Shown here: in pieces, positions 45,066-45,712 of the stretch
Layout: each line of letters opens with the position of its first letter
Position numbering within the stretch: position 1 is the first letter of the stretch
Source: Candidatus Micrarchaeota archaeon
GTDB taxonomy: Archaea > Micrarchaeota > Micrarchaeia > Anstonellales > Bilamarchaeaceae
Direction of reading: 5' to 3'
Assembly (NCBI GenBank): GCA_043821365.1
Contig: JBDRCX010000001.1
Coordinates: forward strand, 1-45,712
DNA length: 45,712 bases
Made by a program: the position numbers and the translations under genes
The notes under the pieces: generated by a model
Told to the model about the DNA's origin: nothing
Database searches by the model: none
What the model saw: the letters and a program-made list of their open reading frames with translations, nothing else

Positions 45066-45500
45066 TTAATTTTCTACATTTGCACAAATTACATAGATCT
45101 CCCATGGATCCTCACAACATGGCTGACCTTCTTCACGACAAAAACATTGCCAACCATCTGTAGTGCCAGTCAATGGTACCGACCACAAGATAAATTGTTT
45201 GTTCATATTCTCACAATAGCATCCTCCACCTATGACCTTTGTATCATTTGATGAACAATAAACCACACTATTATCAAAGACTTTTACTACCTCATAATTA
45301 GATACACCAGATGGTCCTTGTGATCCTGTTTGTCCTTGTGGACCTTGCGGTCCAGTTGCCCCTTGTTCTCCTTGTGGACCTTGCTCGCCTTGGGATCCGG
45401 TTGGTCCCTGTTGCCCACTGGCACCAGCAGAACCTTGTTGAATACAACCAGCAAACACTATAATCAGAGCCAATATTGTGAATATTGATTTTAGATTCAT
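45066..45500 (-). CDS. Collagen-like (Gly-X-Y) lipoprotein with Cys-rich C-terminal domain
   Basis: Lipobox FAGC, 15 Gly-X-Y triplets, C-terminal VIGGGC.C...W.C.C. Confidence 0.88.
   Translation of the reverse strand: MNLKSIFTILALIIVFAGCIQQGSAGASGQQGPTGSQGEQGPQGEQGATGPQGPQGQTGSQGPSGVSNYEVVKVFDNSVVYCSSNDTKVIGGGCYCENMNKQFILWSVPLTGTTDGWQCFCREEGQPCCEDPWEIYVICANVEN
45300..45434 (-). repeat. Gly-X-Y collagen repeat array
   Basis: [45 protein letters not shown]. Confidence 0.9.
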
Positions 45501-45631
45501 GATTAGATAACAAAAACTATCTTTAAATAAGTTTGTTTGATGATTTATTGAAATAAATAAGATTAGTAAATTAAAATAAAAAAATTATATATTTGCCAAT
45601 AAAATTGGTAAAATTTGAAATCTTAGAGATT

Positions 45632-45712
45632 TCAAAGGTTAACTTTCAACCCAAGCTCTTTCTTAAGTTCTCTGTAGCGGTTTCTTATTGTAACTTCAGT
45701 AACACCAGCCAC
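45632..45712 (-). CDS. tfb: C-terminal 26 aa of a TFB, entering from the right edge
   Basis: Manual translation VAGVTEVTIRNRYRELKKELGLKVNL*; VTEVTIRNRY is the TFB BRE-binding helix. Confidence 0.92.
   Translation of the reverse strand: MAGVTEVTIRNRYRELKKELGLKVNL

Noticed and set aside
2097-45513. Remaining short track ORFs antisense or out of frame within assigned genes
   Set aside because: They are nested in confidently assigned CDSs and lack motifs.
1-45712. CRISPR array, IS/transposase, integrase, rRNA genes
   Set aside because: No regularly spaced repeats, transposase or recombinase motifs, or rRNA signatures were found.

Overview
AT-rich archaeal chromosomal segment. Gene content and protein style suggest DPANN, most like Micrarchaeota (inference, no search run). 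Housekeeping core: tfb, the S10-type r-protein operon (uL3-uL4-uL23-uL2-uS19-uL22-uS3-uL29-SUI1, with rnp1/Rpp29 cut off by an inverted DegT-family gene), DUF106-cmk-cbf5, thiI, glyA, ftsZ-secE-spt5, rhomboid, trm1, truD, metG, Dim2 and topo VI B/A. Several features are missing from the ORF track and were found by reading the DNA: a tRNA-Ser(GGA) with three introns, a tRNA-Gly(CCC) with two introns, hairpins upstream of both tRNAs that copy their own acceptor stems, two box C/D-like guide RNAs (one predicted to target C34 of tRNA-Leu(CAA)), structured RNA elements before uL3 and between uL3 and uL4, and secE. Unusual proteins: a tandem GGDEF/palm-like protein, an Oxa1-superfamily insertase with an extracellular insert, a catalytically dead trypsin-like surface protein, and a surface cluster (DUF4185-like propeller, SLT/lysozyme-like lipoprotein, 1588-aa membrane protein, AAA ATPase, PLD, collagen-like lipoprotein). 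The two window ends carry complementary halves of a TFB gene, about 10 nt short of joining. All family assignments are by motif recognition and all RNA structures are hand-paired.
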